Notes: generated from the letters alone by a model not told the origin. Shown: positions 20,377 through 32,534, counted from the first letter of the whole stretch. The stretch: 60,670 nt of DNA, filler included, from Thelocarpon superellum (GCA_026025795.1; 3 parts of 3 records of this genome joined end to end with filler, not necessarily neighbours in it), one strand, 5' to 3'. Numbers and translations: made by a program.

Positions 20377-21543
20377 TCACCGGGAGGCAGAGAAGTCGAG
20401 GCGCCGCGCGACTTTGGAGCCGCGAGCGTCGACGAGCTCGCCAGCACGACGCTTGAGGTCGTCGGCGACCTGCTCTGGCCCGCCAGCCTTGCGCGGAAGG
20501 TCCCCCTTCTTCGTTGGCCGTGGCTCCGCCGTCCACCAGGCATGCTGGAGGATCTGACGCGCCGTCGGTCGGCGACGAGGGTCCAATGACATCATGGACA
20601 TCAGCAGGTCCACTCCGCTCGGGCCGGAGGTGCCAAAGAGGCTGGAAAAGTGATCGCGCCCCAGCAACGGCCGCACCTTGTCCGGGCCGATGGGGACGTA
20701 GTCGGGTAGCTTCGACACCCCGGGCCAGCGGTCTTCGGTCGGGGTACCAATGGCCTGACAGATGAGCTCGATCTGATGCACGTCCGTGTCGCCGGGCAGG
20801 AAGGGGGTGCGGAGGATCAGCTCGGCGAAGACGGCGCCCATCGACCACACGTCGACCGCACCCGAGTAGTGACGCGCGCCGTAGAGCAGCTCCGGAGGAC
20901 GGTACCAGCGCGTGATGACCTGGTGCGTCATGTTGGGGTAGGGATCGGAGAAGGACCGGGCCAGACCAAAATCCGCCAGCTTGACTTCGCCATCGGCCGC
21001 GATCAACAAGTTGTTCGGCTTGATATCACGATGAAGCACAAAGTTCTCGTGGCAGAACCAGACGGCGCGGCCTAACATGCACATCCAGGCCTTGACGTCG
21101 GCCGCCCCGTACCGGACTCCATCCACGTTCCGAATGAGCTGCTCGAGATCGCCGAGCGGCAGATATTCCAGGACCAGGTTCAGGTTTTGGTTCTTGGACG
21201 AGAAGACCGAGTGCAGGGCGATGATGTTGGGGTGCGAGAGCTCTTGTAGATATTTGATCTCGCGGATCGAGTCCATGGAGATGCCATCGCGGTTGTCGGC
21301 GAGAACCTTGATCTTCTTGATCGCCACGAGCGCCTGCGGCCGCTCGCGGAGATGCCCCAGGTAGACGATGGCATATGTTCCCTCGCCGAGCTTCTTATCT
21401 TTGACGTACGTCTGCCGCGTCTCCTCGTTCACCAGCTCGATGAGGTCCTGACCCGTCGCACGGGCCGTGGCCGACTCTCGAGCCACCCCGGCGTCTTTCA
21501 CGTTATTCCTAACGGCCAGCGTTTTGGCCGTGACCTTGCCCAT
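20377..21543 (-). CDS. KIN28: TFIIH kinase / CDK-activating kinase CDK7 (388 aa from first in-frame ATG, intronless)
   Basis: LGEGTYAIVY, AIKKIK, DGISMDSIREIKYLQEL (CDK7-type alphaC), HRDIKPNNLL, DFGLARSF..MTHQVITRWYRPPELLYGA and C-terminal VARRLDF. Start codon uncertain. Confidence 0.93.
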   Translation of the reverse strand: MGKVTAKTLAVRNNVKDAGVARESATARATGQDLIELVNEETRQTYVKDKKLGEGTYAIVYLGHLRERPQALVAIKKIKVLADNRDGISMDSIREIKYLQELSHPNIIALHSVFSSKNQNLNLVLEYLPLGDLEQLIRNVDGVRYGAADVKAWMCMLGRAVWFCHENFVLHRDIKPNNLLIAADGEVKLADFGLARSFSDPYPNMTHQVITRWYRPPELLYGARHYSGAVDVWSMGAVFAELILRTPFLPGDTDVHQIELICQAIGTPTEDRWPGVSKLPDYVPIGPDKVRPLLGRDHFSSLFGTSGPSGVDLLMSMMSLDPRRRPTARQILQHAWWTAEPRPTKKGDLPRKAGGPEQVADDLKRRAGELVDARGSKVARRLDFSASR

Positions 21544-21874
21544 GAGGGGCACAATGTACGAAGCCACGCACAGCTGGCCACCCGTGGGGACGCGGCCAAT
21601 ACGGAACTCAGTCTCACCAGCGGGCGAGCTGGGATCTTGAATGGAGCTGGAGATGACGATGCTTAGTCATCAAGAGCAGAGGAAGTCAACTTTCGGATCA
21701 ACGACCTCTAGACGTTCAGGTCAAGGTCAGGCAAAGCACCATCAAAGCTGACCTCATGTTCCAAGACACGCGCACATGACCTGAGGTGAGTGATTCGGGG
21801 TGGACGGGACGCTGGAAAGCTTTTCTAACCTTCCACCAAGCCATTGTTCACGGCAACCTCGCGCAGCCGGCGCA

Positions 21875-22690
21875 ATGGCGGCGCGAACATCGCGACACCG
21901 ACCGAGCTCTCTCCTCTCGCTCTCGCTCTTGCTCCGGTGCAGCCACGATAGTGCGCACGGGCCCCGATGGACACTCCCTTGCGGCCAGGGCCATGCTCAA
22001 GGGCCAGGTCCGACGATCCGCACACTACACCACCGCGTCGGAATGTCATCACCACAGATCCCCGCGCCGACCGCATTCGTGCCGGACGCCGACACCTTCC
22101 TGACGCTGATCGGGCGCAACCTGCGACAGCACGCGTCCAAGATTCCCTCATGGGAGGCCTTGTTCTCGCTCAGCGGGCCACAGCTGCGTGAGCTCGGCGT
22201 CGAGCCCGCGCGGGATCGGCGGTACCTGCTACGATGGCGGGAGAGGTTCCGACAGGGGGACTTTGGTGTCGGTGGGGACCTGCACTCTGTCGTCGATGGG
22301 GTGGCGGAGCTACGGGCCGTGCAAACGCCGAGGGTGAAGACGGCTACGGCTGCGGGGTCAACGCAGACATCATCGGTAACATCGACCTCGTCAGCACCAC
22401 CGGGCACAAAGAAAGTAGTCATCAACGTGGCGCCCGAGGCCCGGGATGGGCCACCCGCTCAGGCGGAGGCCGCGCTTCGACCGGTGCGACACCTGTCGGT
22501 GCAAGGTGCGCGAACGATTACGGGTCCTCATGTGCAAGCCGTCCGCGGGACGCGAGGACGCGTGGCCCGACTGGTAGCGCAGGAGGGGCTGTGGGAGCAG
22601 CGACGTGGCCGCAAGATCGACGGTGGCGAGCGGAGACGGGCAGAGGTTCGGGCCAAGAGGAAGGGCGAGGAGCGGCGGGATGCTCGATGA
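21875..22690 (+). CDS. FYV4: Mitochondrial ribosomal protein mS41 (IGR-motif protein, 271 aa)
   Basis: FLTLIGRNL..HASKIPSWEALF..QLRELGVEPARDRRYLLRWRERFR is the IGR domain. Arg/Ser/Leu-rich N-terminal presequence; C-terminal GRKIDGGERRRAEVR. Confidence 0.9.
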   Translation: MAARTSRHRPSSLLSLSLLLRCSHDSAHGPRWTLPCGQGHAQGPGPTIRTLHHRVGMSSPQIPAPTAFVPDADTFLTLIGRNLRQHASKIPSWEALFSLSGPQLRELGVEPARDRRYLLRWRERFRQGDFGVGGDLHSVVDGVAELRAVQTPRVKTATAAGSTQTSSVTSTSSAPPGTKKVVINVAPEARDGPPAQAEAALRPVRHLSVQGARTITGPHVQAVRGTRGRVARLVAQEGLWEQRRGRKIDGGERRRAEVRAKRKGEERRDAR

Positions 22691-23243
22691 GGGGGCCATC
22701 TCTCGTATCGATGACGGTCCTTGGTCTTGGTAGAACCTTCCGCAGTCTATGTACAGGCTATGTACACTGATACACGCCCCGCAATGCGGGAATCGCACCA
22801 AAGCATCGTCCTGGTCCAAACTTGTCCTTCACGCTTCCGGTGTCGGCAAGTCGGCAGGAGGGGGGGACGTTGGTTGACCTGGGCGAGAAGGAATTTTAGC
22901 CAGAGCGTCGTGATGCGTCCGAGACGCCAAAAGGCGATCGAATGTGGCAGCCGGTCGAGGGGATGTCTTGTCCACCCTAGCGTGCCGGTACCGATCACCA
23001 CCCAAAAGGCGTAGAAGGAGAGTGAGAGCAGAATCGTCACCAGCAAAAGAAAACATGCAGTTGGGTCCAAGACCAACTGCGCATGAAAGGAGAGCATCAT
23101 CATCCCGGGGCCGGTGAAAGAGCTAGGGCGGCGGGTGGAGGAGGGGCAAAGACGGGTTTCAGTTGCGCAACCAAGGCTGGGTGGCGGAGCGGCGGTGGAA
23201 GACCGCGGTTGAGCCCAACAAGGTCCGGCTGGGAACCATGCAG

Positions 23244-24658
23244 TCACGCCGAGGCGCCTCGGCAGTGGCGCGATGCAGCGTCTCCGAAGACCGGCATCGA
23301 CCGCCGGACGCGCACCGTACGGGCCCATTGTCGTCGGAGGGTAGAAAAGCGATCAGGCTTACCTTGGTCGGCCGGCTGATGGGTCGGGTCCCTCTCCGGA
23401 CGGATACGCTTGATCCACTGCAGGAACAAGGGCACGTCCTTGGCGATGGTGCCCGGGATCGCCTGGTTCTGCACCCACATGGGCAAGGCACCGCCGGCAT
23501 CACTCCCCACAGCCATGATCCACGCGATCTTGTCGTCCCTCTCCGTGTAGACGTACTCAACGGACGAGTACGTGGCAAAGACGTAGTCCCGCGGTCGTCG
23601 GCAGTAGAGGCTCTGCGGCAGCAGACGCATCTCATCCTCCTGCACGGGAAGCTGGAGCACGATGAAGGACGACGAGGACGCCATGGCGCTGATGACCACG
23701 ATGGGAAAGACACGCCGCTTCAACGGAGGCGGCAGACGGTGACAGTTCTCGTGCACTAGCGAGCTGGTCAGCGTCACCGCGCTTCCTCGTCGACGGCGCC
23801 GCACGTACGACTCATCTCGATGTTGGTGTAGCCACACACGTCCATGTCCTCGGGGATGGACCAGGTGAGGACGCGACGGGCGTCCACCAGATCGGCCGTG
23901 TACTCCGCCTCGCGCTCGGCGTGCTTCTCCTTGAGCCCGTACACGAACTCGGACCACCGGGCGTTGCCCTCCGTGGTCTCGTCGAGGTGATGGCTGCGGC
24001 GCGCAAACCAGGTCTCGGGCTTGGGGACCATGGACTTCGAGGACGTCTGGCAATCATCTTCTTCCCAACCGGTGCGCTGCACGTCCCGCCGGAACAGCTC
24101 GACACGGCTGGAGCCGCAGGTTTTGACGCGAAGAGGCTTCCACGGGCTTTGCTTTTGCGCCGGATCGAACGCGCCGTCGACTTGGCTCGCGGCCGGAAAG
24201 GGCTGCGCCGCCATCTCGGCGACGAGCATGTGGCCCTGAGCGAGCACGCGCTCGAGGAAGGCCTCGAGGTTTTTCGTCATGTCTCGTTTCGCAGGATCCG
24301 GCGCTCCTAGGGATGGCCCGCCGCCCGAGGATGCTCCGGCCCCCACCGGCGCGATGGCATCCGACGAGGATGCATGGCCATTTGCCGCCTACTCGCACGT
24401 CAGCACATCAGCATATCAGACGAGGGCCTTAGGCGAGCAAGGGAGGTTTCCGAGTCGACGCACGAGAGACTGCTGGGCTGGTTGCTCGAGGCTGCCATCA
24501 ACGGCGGGGACGTTGGAAGGATCATAAGTCCGAACGCCTTGGCCAATCGGTTGCAGCACTTCCGGGAGGACGGCGAAGTCGGGATGAGGAGGCAGCTGCC
24601 GGAGGGCGATCTTCTGCGGTTGCAGCAGGTAACGATGCGGCAGGGGCACGGGAGGCAT
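23244..24658 (-). CDS. DUF3074 (START/SRPBCC-like) protein, about 428 aa; exons 24658-24464, 24388-23809, 23755-23244 (alternative 3' end possible at 22747)
   Basis: ETWFARRSHH, WSEFVYGLKEKHAEREAEYT, LKRRVFPIVV, YSSVEYV, WIMAVGSDAGGALPMWVQ and IAKDVPLFLQW motifs. Introns GTGCGT..TAG and GTACGT..TAG restore the frame. Confidence 0.85.
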
Positions 24659-25428
24659 CTCCGGATGACGGCGAGGGATGTGATGAGATAGCTTACGGTC
24701 GGATGCCTGCAACGCACTGCAACGCAGTACGGAGGACCCTGTTACGGAATGCTGAAGATGCGTGATGCGTGTCCGCGTAAGCGGTTCGGCCACTGGAGCC
24801 CCCGCGGCAAGGATGGGGGGGGTGGAACACGAAGGTAAGAGTGAAGTAAGGAGTGGAGCAGGCGGACGGACGGGGATCGATCGAAGCTGGTGTTGATGTC
24901 GTCCGTTCGCCCTCCGCCCTCCGCCCTCCGCACCATCATACGGCCAACGGAAACGGATCATGGCCGTACGGGGTCACCACGACCGTCTCCTCGCTCCTTC
25001 CTCGCCTCCTCGCTTCCATCCCCATTTGCCATCGGCACCGGCCCGTGGTATGTGATATGCTGGCACCGCCGGCAATCATCCTTCTGTCTACCTGGCATGG
25101 GGACGCAAAGGCCAGCACTCCAGCCGCAAGGCAGCTCGAGACACACCTAGAGGATGCCTTTTGATCGCGTGGGCACGATGCGAAGTGTACACGGCAAACT
25201 ACTCCATGCATCGTCCGGCTCGCCGGGTGGGGGAATATGCCGGCCCAATCGCTCGCAGAACGCCAGGAACAATCTACCCACTGCCGAAGCCATTTGGGGG
25301 CCCTCCCGTATGTCCATCGTACCAAGTACTTCGTGCATCCCACCTCCCCCCTGCTGTTTGCTAAGCGCGGGGCACGGTTCTCTCGCCAAACGGAGTGAAC
25401 TCGGATGCCAACAGGACCGAGCGACATC

Positions 25429-28400
25429 TCAGTTCACGGCTCCAACCTTGGCCGCATTCCGTTTCTTGGCCGCCTCCAGCGCCTTCTTGATGCGCTCCTC
25501 GTGCTCGGGCTTCCGGGCCGCGCGCTCGGCTGCCTGGCGTTCCAGCTCCTTCACACGCGGCCGGAGCGCGTCGATCTGGCTTGCCACCGCATCTCGGTCG
25601 CTGCACACCGTGGCGACGCGGTGCTCGACGTCCTTGGTCAATCCTTCCTCGTCCTTTTGCTTCTCCTCACGGAGCGCTTTGATGGCATCCAAGGATCGGC
25701 CGGCCAGTCGCGCCGCCGCCAGGTCCACGTCGTGCTTGCTGGCATGAAGCCGGACCGACGCGTTGTGGCCGCCGCGGATGAGCCGTTCGCACGTCGCCGT
25801 CAGCGCCCGGAGCACCGTCTGCACGTGATCGAATTCGTGGTCCAGCGCCTCCAACTCCTTGGGCTCGGCCGCGCTGGACGGCCGGGCGCAGACGTCGGCG
25901 ATCTGGCGGATGGCCTGACCAAGGGCCTCCATGTAGTCCAGCTCCTGGCCTAGTCCTTTCATGACGTGTGTCTCGATCGCATCCATCAGTCCCGTCGCGC
26001 GTCGCTGCCTTTTCGTCGCTGCGTCCAAAACGGCCTTCTTTTCGGACTCATCGAAATGCTTCTCCATCTGCTTCATCTCCGCTAGCTTCCCCGCCGCCAC
26101 GAGCGGCTCCACCACCGTCTTCTTGTATCGCTTGTCGCGCTCCAGCACGCTCTCGAGCACGCGTTGGTGGCGCGCCTCGACCTTGTCATGCAGCGCCAAG
26201 AACACCTCCACAATCTGCGCCAGCTCCGGCCGCGTGTGCTGTGCCTCGAGCGCTTCCTTCCCCACGCTCGCCTGCGTCATCAGTTCGACGCAGTGTGCGT
26301 AGCGCTGCATGAGGTAGGTGATCTGCTCCTGCAGCTGATGGTACGCCCGCTCAAAGACTTCTGTCACGAAGCCGTCGAACTCGTCCGTGTCCTCCCGCGC
26401 CTTCCGCTCCGCCTCGGCCTTTTGGAAGTCCTTCTCAAGCGCGCTGATGTCGCCGTACCCAATCTGACTCTCGGAGAAGAGCCGATCCGTCTCCGCTTCC
26501 TGTTCCTCCTGTCGCTTCCGCCGCGCACCTTCGTGTTCCTCCCGAGTCGCCGCCACTTTCTTCTCCCAGTCGGTAGCGAGCTTCTCGAGGAAGGTAAAGT
26601 CCTCGGGCGTATGCTGAAGTGCTTCCTCCAAGGCTACGATGTGCGGATTCTGATCCACACTTGATTCGTGTTCCTTCGGGAGAAGATGGCTCAGAATGCC
26701 AGCAAGATGTTTCTCGTCCGGAGCCTCTCCACCTGGCGCGACGGGATCTACTTCCCGACCGAGCTCCGCCGTGACGGCCGTGCCCTCGCTGACACTGGGG
26801 GCGGCGACATCCGGCCGCTTAGGCTTGAGCGCACTCGGCAGAAGCGCGTTGGGATACTCGTCGATGCCGCTCCGGGGCGATGCAGGATTGAGGGTGAGGC
26901 GGGGGTATTGAGGGCTCAGCGGAGTATCAGTCGACGTGCGCTTCGTTGCAAGACTTTTGCGGTCGGACCAGCGGTCATGCTCGATGCTGTCCGATCGCAC
27001 TTTGACCTTGAGTGGCGCAACCTCCACCGCCGGCGAGTATGGACGATATCCGCCGCCGGCCCCGCCCGCGTCGATTCGAAATGGTTTGTAGGGTGACGCA
27101 ACGTCACGGCCCGCCCCTCCATTATCCGGACAAGGCGTGGAAGGGCGCGCCGGCTCCACCGGCATGGGTGCATGATTCGCCGGCGAGTCGGGCAGTGACT
27201 TGGCGGGGGATGTAGATGTGCTGGATTCCGCCACGGTATCTTCGCTTGCGATCCCTGGCTTGGGGGCGGGCGCGGCCGCGAGCTGCCGTACGCGTTGTGG
27301 CGGCAGTCGCGACGCCGGCAGGAGCGGCCGTCCCCCAGGACTGTATTGGATCTCCTCGGCCGATTCCGCGATCCCGGGTGACTCCGCCGTTGCGATGGGC
27401 GATATACGGCCCGATCGAGGGGTCTCCATGGTTTCCTGGGTCTCTGCCGGTTGGGACACAACCTGGGCGTGCTCCACCTGAGCAGGGGGAGAAGCGCTGA
27501 CCGCCGGCTCGGAGCTCACGGGACGCGTGACAGGCGTCTCCGCGACGCTCGCCTTCTGCGCCGAATTACGGCGACTTCGCCCGCTCTCACTAATGAGACC
27601 GATCGCAGGCCCGTAGCGTACCCCTCTCATCCGAGACTCCTTCATCATGAAGTCGGTGAAGATTCGGGTGCGCTCCTCGTCGCTCTCGGCATGACACTCT
27701 TCGTGGAGCATGGCGGCATATCGCGCCAGCGAGTTTCTAAACCACGGATGCAGGTCGGGATAGGCGTCAGGGGGGGCGGCGGTTGGATCCCGTACCGTGG
27801 CGATCGGATCGGAGGGCCCAGAGTCCAACGATTGAGGCTGCGGCACGTGGGCTGTTTCAGGCTGTGGCTCTGGCGCGACAACCAGGGGCTGTGGCTCCGG
27901 CGCGGGAGCTGCGGGCTGTGACTCCGGCGCGGGAGCTGCGGGCTGTGGCTTTGGCGCGGGAGCTGCGGGCTGTGGCTCCTGCGGGATTACCTCGGGCTGT
28001 GGCCCCGGCACCTGGGCGACAGTGTGAGCCTCTAGCACTGGCACCTGGGTTGCGACACTGGGAGCGATAGCTTCGGCCATGATGATTTCTTGAGAGGCAG
28101 TAGGTAGAGAGTCGACGCCTTCTCGCGCCTCCTTTCTCGCCTCAACCATCTCGGGCTGGACGGCAGGGGCCAGAGAGGGCGCGGAGCTGATGGCCGGAGG
28201 ATCCTGCTCCTTTGCCGGCGCACTGGTCGGCGTTGGCGTGATCGCCACAAAGGACGAGCCGTCGTCGATCACAAAACTTTGCGCGGTCGCGGAGGGCGCC
28301 TGAGGAGAGGCGCGGACCGGCGATGGCGTCGCCTGCGTCCCAGGCGTGCTCGGTCGTACGGTCGCGGTCGGCGCCTCTTCGGCCGACACTGAACTCTCCG

Positions 28401-30296
28401 GCCGGCCTGGGGATGGCACGGTGGTCTGCGGCTTTGGCGCAGGCGTCGGGACGTTATGGCTCTCAGCTGAAGGCGCGATGACCGATCCAGCGCCGTCACC
28501 GCTGGAGCCCGGTCGATCCTCCGCCGGAGGGGCAGCGTTGGATTGTGTAGGGACCGTCATGATCTCGCTGCGACCCGTCTCGGCCTGCGCAGAGGCGGGT
28601 GAGGCGGTCACGACACCCGCAGTCCGAACGTTCGCGCCCGCGCTTTCCGGTTGGCTGGCGGCAGCGGGCTCGATATCGTCTACACTTTCATCCTCGGCCG
28701 AGGTTCCAAAGTATTCCCAGTCCGAGGGGCGTCCCTCCCCAGGTAATGCCGACGCACTGATGCCGTTTGTCGATGCCACCGGCTTCCTAGGCACAGGGAC
28801 CTGCTTGGTGCTGGGCTGTCGGTACAAAGACATGGGTGAAACGGTGGACTCCGTGCCTCGACCCTCAATGGGTTCAGAAGGTGGCGTCTGCATCTGATGC
28901 TGCGCGCCCAAGACTCGATTGCTCACGGAAGAGGAAGAGCCCGGGCGTGGCGGATCCTGTTGGGGTCTGATATCATAGCCGACGACGGTATGCGTTGATG
29001 ACATCCGATGACCCGCTCCAGAGGCTGGATAATGATATTGCGGAGGCTGCCCCGGAGGCAGACTCGGCGGCTGCGGTGTCGAACCCTGCCACGACTGTGG
29101 AGGAGGTACGTGCGACGAGTCCTGCGGCTGCGACGGCCAGGTCTGGCTTGGTCCCTGATTGGGCGGTCCATATGCACCGTGAGGTGGAGCGCTTGGTGCT
29201 GGTTGATAGTACGTCGGTGGCGGCGGCTGCTGCGACGTTGGGGTTTGATATTGCGGGATCTGTTGTTGTTGATGGGGTGGGACCCCGGAGCTGCCCTCTG
29301 GGTAATAAGGGGGCGGTTGTGGGTACGCCTGACCCGGGCCATGGACCGATTCCTGTCGCTGATGTTGAGAAGACGGATGCTCCGGATCGTAGCGATGAGT
29401 CATTGGCTGTTGTGAATAGGCAGTGTGCTGCGTCTGTCCTTGAAGGTTCTGTTGGACCTCGGTCTGGTAGCCTTGCGGTGCAGGAGGAGGTGCCGGTATT
29501 GGATGCGTCTGATATGGTGGCGGTACTGCATAACCCATCGCTGGGTGGGGCGGCGGCGGTGCGTATGGTGGATATTGCGGGGCCGTGGCGCCAGGCGGGG
29601 CCGCCTCAGGCGGGGAAGGCCCTGAGGCCTGATTTGCGTACTGGTGGTGCGGTGGAGGGGACGGGAAGATGACGCTTGACGGTCGCTGCTGTGCTTGTGG
29701 TGGAGGTGGTGACGGACTCTGTCCGGTGAAGACGGTCGAGAACGGTCTGGCTGGTGGAGGAACATGCTGCGGCGGCGGATAGGGCTGCGATGGCGGCGGA
29801 GGGCCATATCCAGGCTGTGGCGGTACTTGACTCGATCGACCGTTGGGCCCAGGCTGCCCCGAAGATGCCGCTGCTTGCGGTCCATATCGTACATGGCCTG
29901 TATGCGCGCCAGGCATCGGTCCGTATACCTCAGGGTTGTATGCAGGGCTGTATGCAGGGCCGGAGGCGGCGGGACCGGCCGCGGTCGTGGCCGGGGGTCC
30001 AGACATTGGCTTCATATGCTCGGGATACGGGGCACTCGGCAGCCATTGTCCGGGCGGAGCGGTCGGCGTTGCGGATGCTGGCGGAAGCGGTGGACCATCC
30101 TGGGCGGGATACGGAGCTAGAAGCGGGCGAACATCAGCGTCGATGGCTTCTACCACACCGAAGAGATCCTACCTGAGCCGGGCGGTGGAAACCCCGGCGG
30201 TTGCGAATGATATTGATCCGGCGGCCCTTGTGGTGGTGCATAAGATTGACGATAGTACGGCGGTGGCAAGGGCGGATTTGCTGGAGGCTGCTGCAT
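25429..30296 (-). CDS. Large hypothetical protein (1603 aa): Pro/Gln/Tyr-rich disordered N-terminal half, helical coiled-coil C-terminus; exons 30296-30173, 30116-25429
   Basis: ATG 30296 (MQQPPANPPLPPPYY). Phase-1 intron 30172-30117 (GTAGGA..GCTGAT..TAG) joins the 1575-codon ORF. Conserved-looking block DAYPDLHPWFRNSLARYAAML..IFTDFMMKESRMR. Confidence 0.85.
27860..28003 (-). repeat. Coding 27-bp minisatellite, about 5.5 copies, encoding PQPAAPAPE-like units
   Basis: GGCTGTG recurs at 27860, 27887, 27914, 27941, 27968 and 27995. Confidence 0.85.
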
Positions 30297-31255
30297 CGTG
30301 ACCGTCTTAACTCCACAACCCCGCCGAGCCGGCGCGATGTGGACGGATCGACGACCTCTACAACGATGGACGATGCGGGATGGCCAGAATCGTCGCTCGC
30401 AGCAACATCGCTGTCACCAAGGCCGACCTCGAAGCCCCGTCTCCTCCACAGAGGCCGTCCGGCGTATCAGGAGACTGTAGGCCTGTCGGCGTGATCAGAC
30501 GGCGGTACGAGGCGTGCTCCAGAGTTGCGTATTTGTTCGGCAGCGACCACCGTAGAAGCTCCCCAGCCTTGTAGCGGAGCCCAAGGCACGGTCTCCACTC
30601 CTGTTGGTCGCCGGAGCCGCCCCAGGATCCCAGGGTCCCAGGTCTGGGCCTTTGACGGAGCGTCGCTAGATCGAGCACAGACAATGCAAAGCTACCGAGT
30701 AGTTCAGCTTCAGCTTAGCTTATTGGATGGAAGCGACCCAGCTACTACTCGGAGTAGTCGTGCTACGGATTATCGATCGGGGCAGAACGCGATTGGCCAC
30801 AGCGCTTAGCTGGAGGATGAGGCTCGAGTGCGAGCACCCCCTACGACTAACATTACTCATCTCCTCTGGCGAGCATTCCATCTGTCACACAACACGAATG
30901 ATCGGAGCAGCAGCCTGTCGGCGCCATGATTTTCTAAGCAGGGTCATATTCTGCCTCTTCTGGAGCCTGCGCCCTCTCTTGATTCTACGTACGCGTGGAA
31001 TTCGTAGGCTGGAAACTGCAATCCCAGGTCTGTAGGGTATTCTGGGTATGGCGTGCGACGTTCGTCATCCCACAGAACATTCCAACTCCGCAGTCCTTTC
31101 GTCTTGGAGAGTGAATCATTTCCTCTAGTTGTCGTTATCGCAATATTCTGATGCCCTCCAGCGCCAACGCCAACGCCCGCCGGCCCTCAATGCAAAGTGT
31201 TGTGCAGATACGCTACCTTATCTGCGGAAAAGCATCTCATCCTGACCAGACCACG

Positions 31256-31642
31256 CTATCCCTTCTGAGATCCCGGACATCCCGGACATCCCGGATACGC
31301 AATCAGGGGCAGGAATAGCCATCCCCGTCGTAGGCCACGCTTCACATCCGCGTACCATTTGCGCAGAAGGACCTGGCGACACTCCTTGCAACGCATGACC
31401 TCGTAAATCATGGACGCGCAAGATCCCAGACCTTTATAAGAACGGTGAGCCGGTCGCTGGAGGAGATCCGCTGCGACACGTCGCGGGTGGTCCTGTCCTG
31501 GCTGCTTCCGAATATGATAAGAATACTCATACTGCGACGTCACAGTGTATGTGACCAGTCCGTAGTGTTCGTCCTCATGTACGTCGGCAACAGTTGTATG
31601 GTGAACTGGGTGAGATTCTATGAAGGTCGTTGTGGCTGGCAT
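31256..31642 (-). CDS. Small orphan protein (128 aa unspliced; 107 aa ending at 31218 if intron 31532-31432 is used)
   Basis: TATA-like TATTTAATA on the minus strand (31810-31802), CA-rich leader, ATG in GCCATCATG context. No recognisable family. Confidence 0.45.
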   Translation of the reverse strand: MPATTTFIESHPVHHTTVADVHEDEHYGLVTYTVTSQYEYSYHIRKQPGQDHPRRVAADLLQRPAHRSYKGLGSCASMIYEVMRCKECRQVLLRKWYADVKRGLRRGWLFLPLIAYPGCPGCPGSQKG

Positions 31643-32534
31643 GATGGCAGTGACCGGAATGGCTGTCAATGTTTTGAAGGGTCAAGTTACTCGAAGGGGT
31701 TCGGTGTGGGCGAAGATTGTGAAGACGATGTATCGATGAAAACCGACGGGTGCTGGTGGTTTTGAGATGATTTGGGCGTCTTGGACAGGGCTGCAAAGTG
31801 GTATTAAATAGGTAAATCGGGCCCATTTCTTCAACTGCCATGTATTCAATTGTTCGTGTGAACTACCCCTAAAGCATGGGTGTGATTCAGTATTGATTGA
31901 TGTTCGACAAGAAAGTAAATTTGTGAACATATGTGTTACTCTCGGATCATGAGAGAACAAAAATTCGCCAAGGCGTCAGCAGACCTCGAAGGATGAACAA
32001 GTGGTGGTGATGTTTGCCGGCCAGCCTATAGAATGACTAAGTCGGGACGCGGATACGAAGGACGAAGTCCCATAGTGTAGTGGGTAATAACCGCGGCACC
32101 TCACCGTGGCACAATACATCGGCCTGCGAACCGCCGCCACATGTCGCGCAGTCAGACTGAGAACCAACAGGCGAGATACGTCATCTTGGGTCGGCTTCGG
32201 AACATAGGCGCGTCAATTTCCTAAGCATTGGATTCCTCATGCGGGACCGCCGCGTCAGTTTCCCCGCACAATCTCGGCAAGTGTCAGCAATGCGCGGCTA
32301 TGACGTTGCTATTGAGAGCGAGGATGGCGCCTGTCGCTCTGATAGCAACTGGGCAGGAGAAATCTTGATAGATTTGGCTGCTACATCAAGAGTACCAATC
32401 GCTATCAGGAATCACGAGCGGTTTGGTCGAGGCAAGGGGTGAAAAGAAACGCAGGCATCAAGAGACCACCTTGCATGAGATCCCTACTTCGGTTCAATTC
32501 GGATCTTGACAGCAGTCTTCCACTATCGCGTCGG

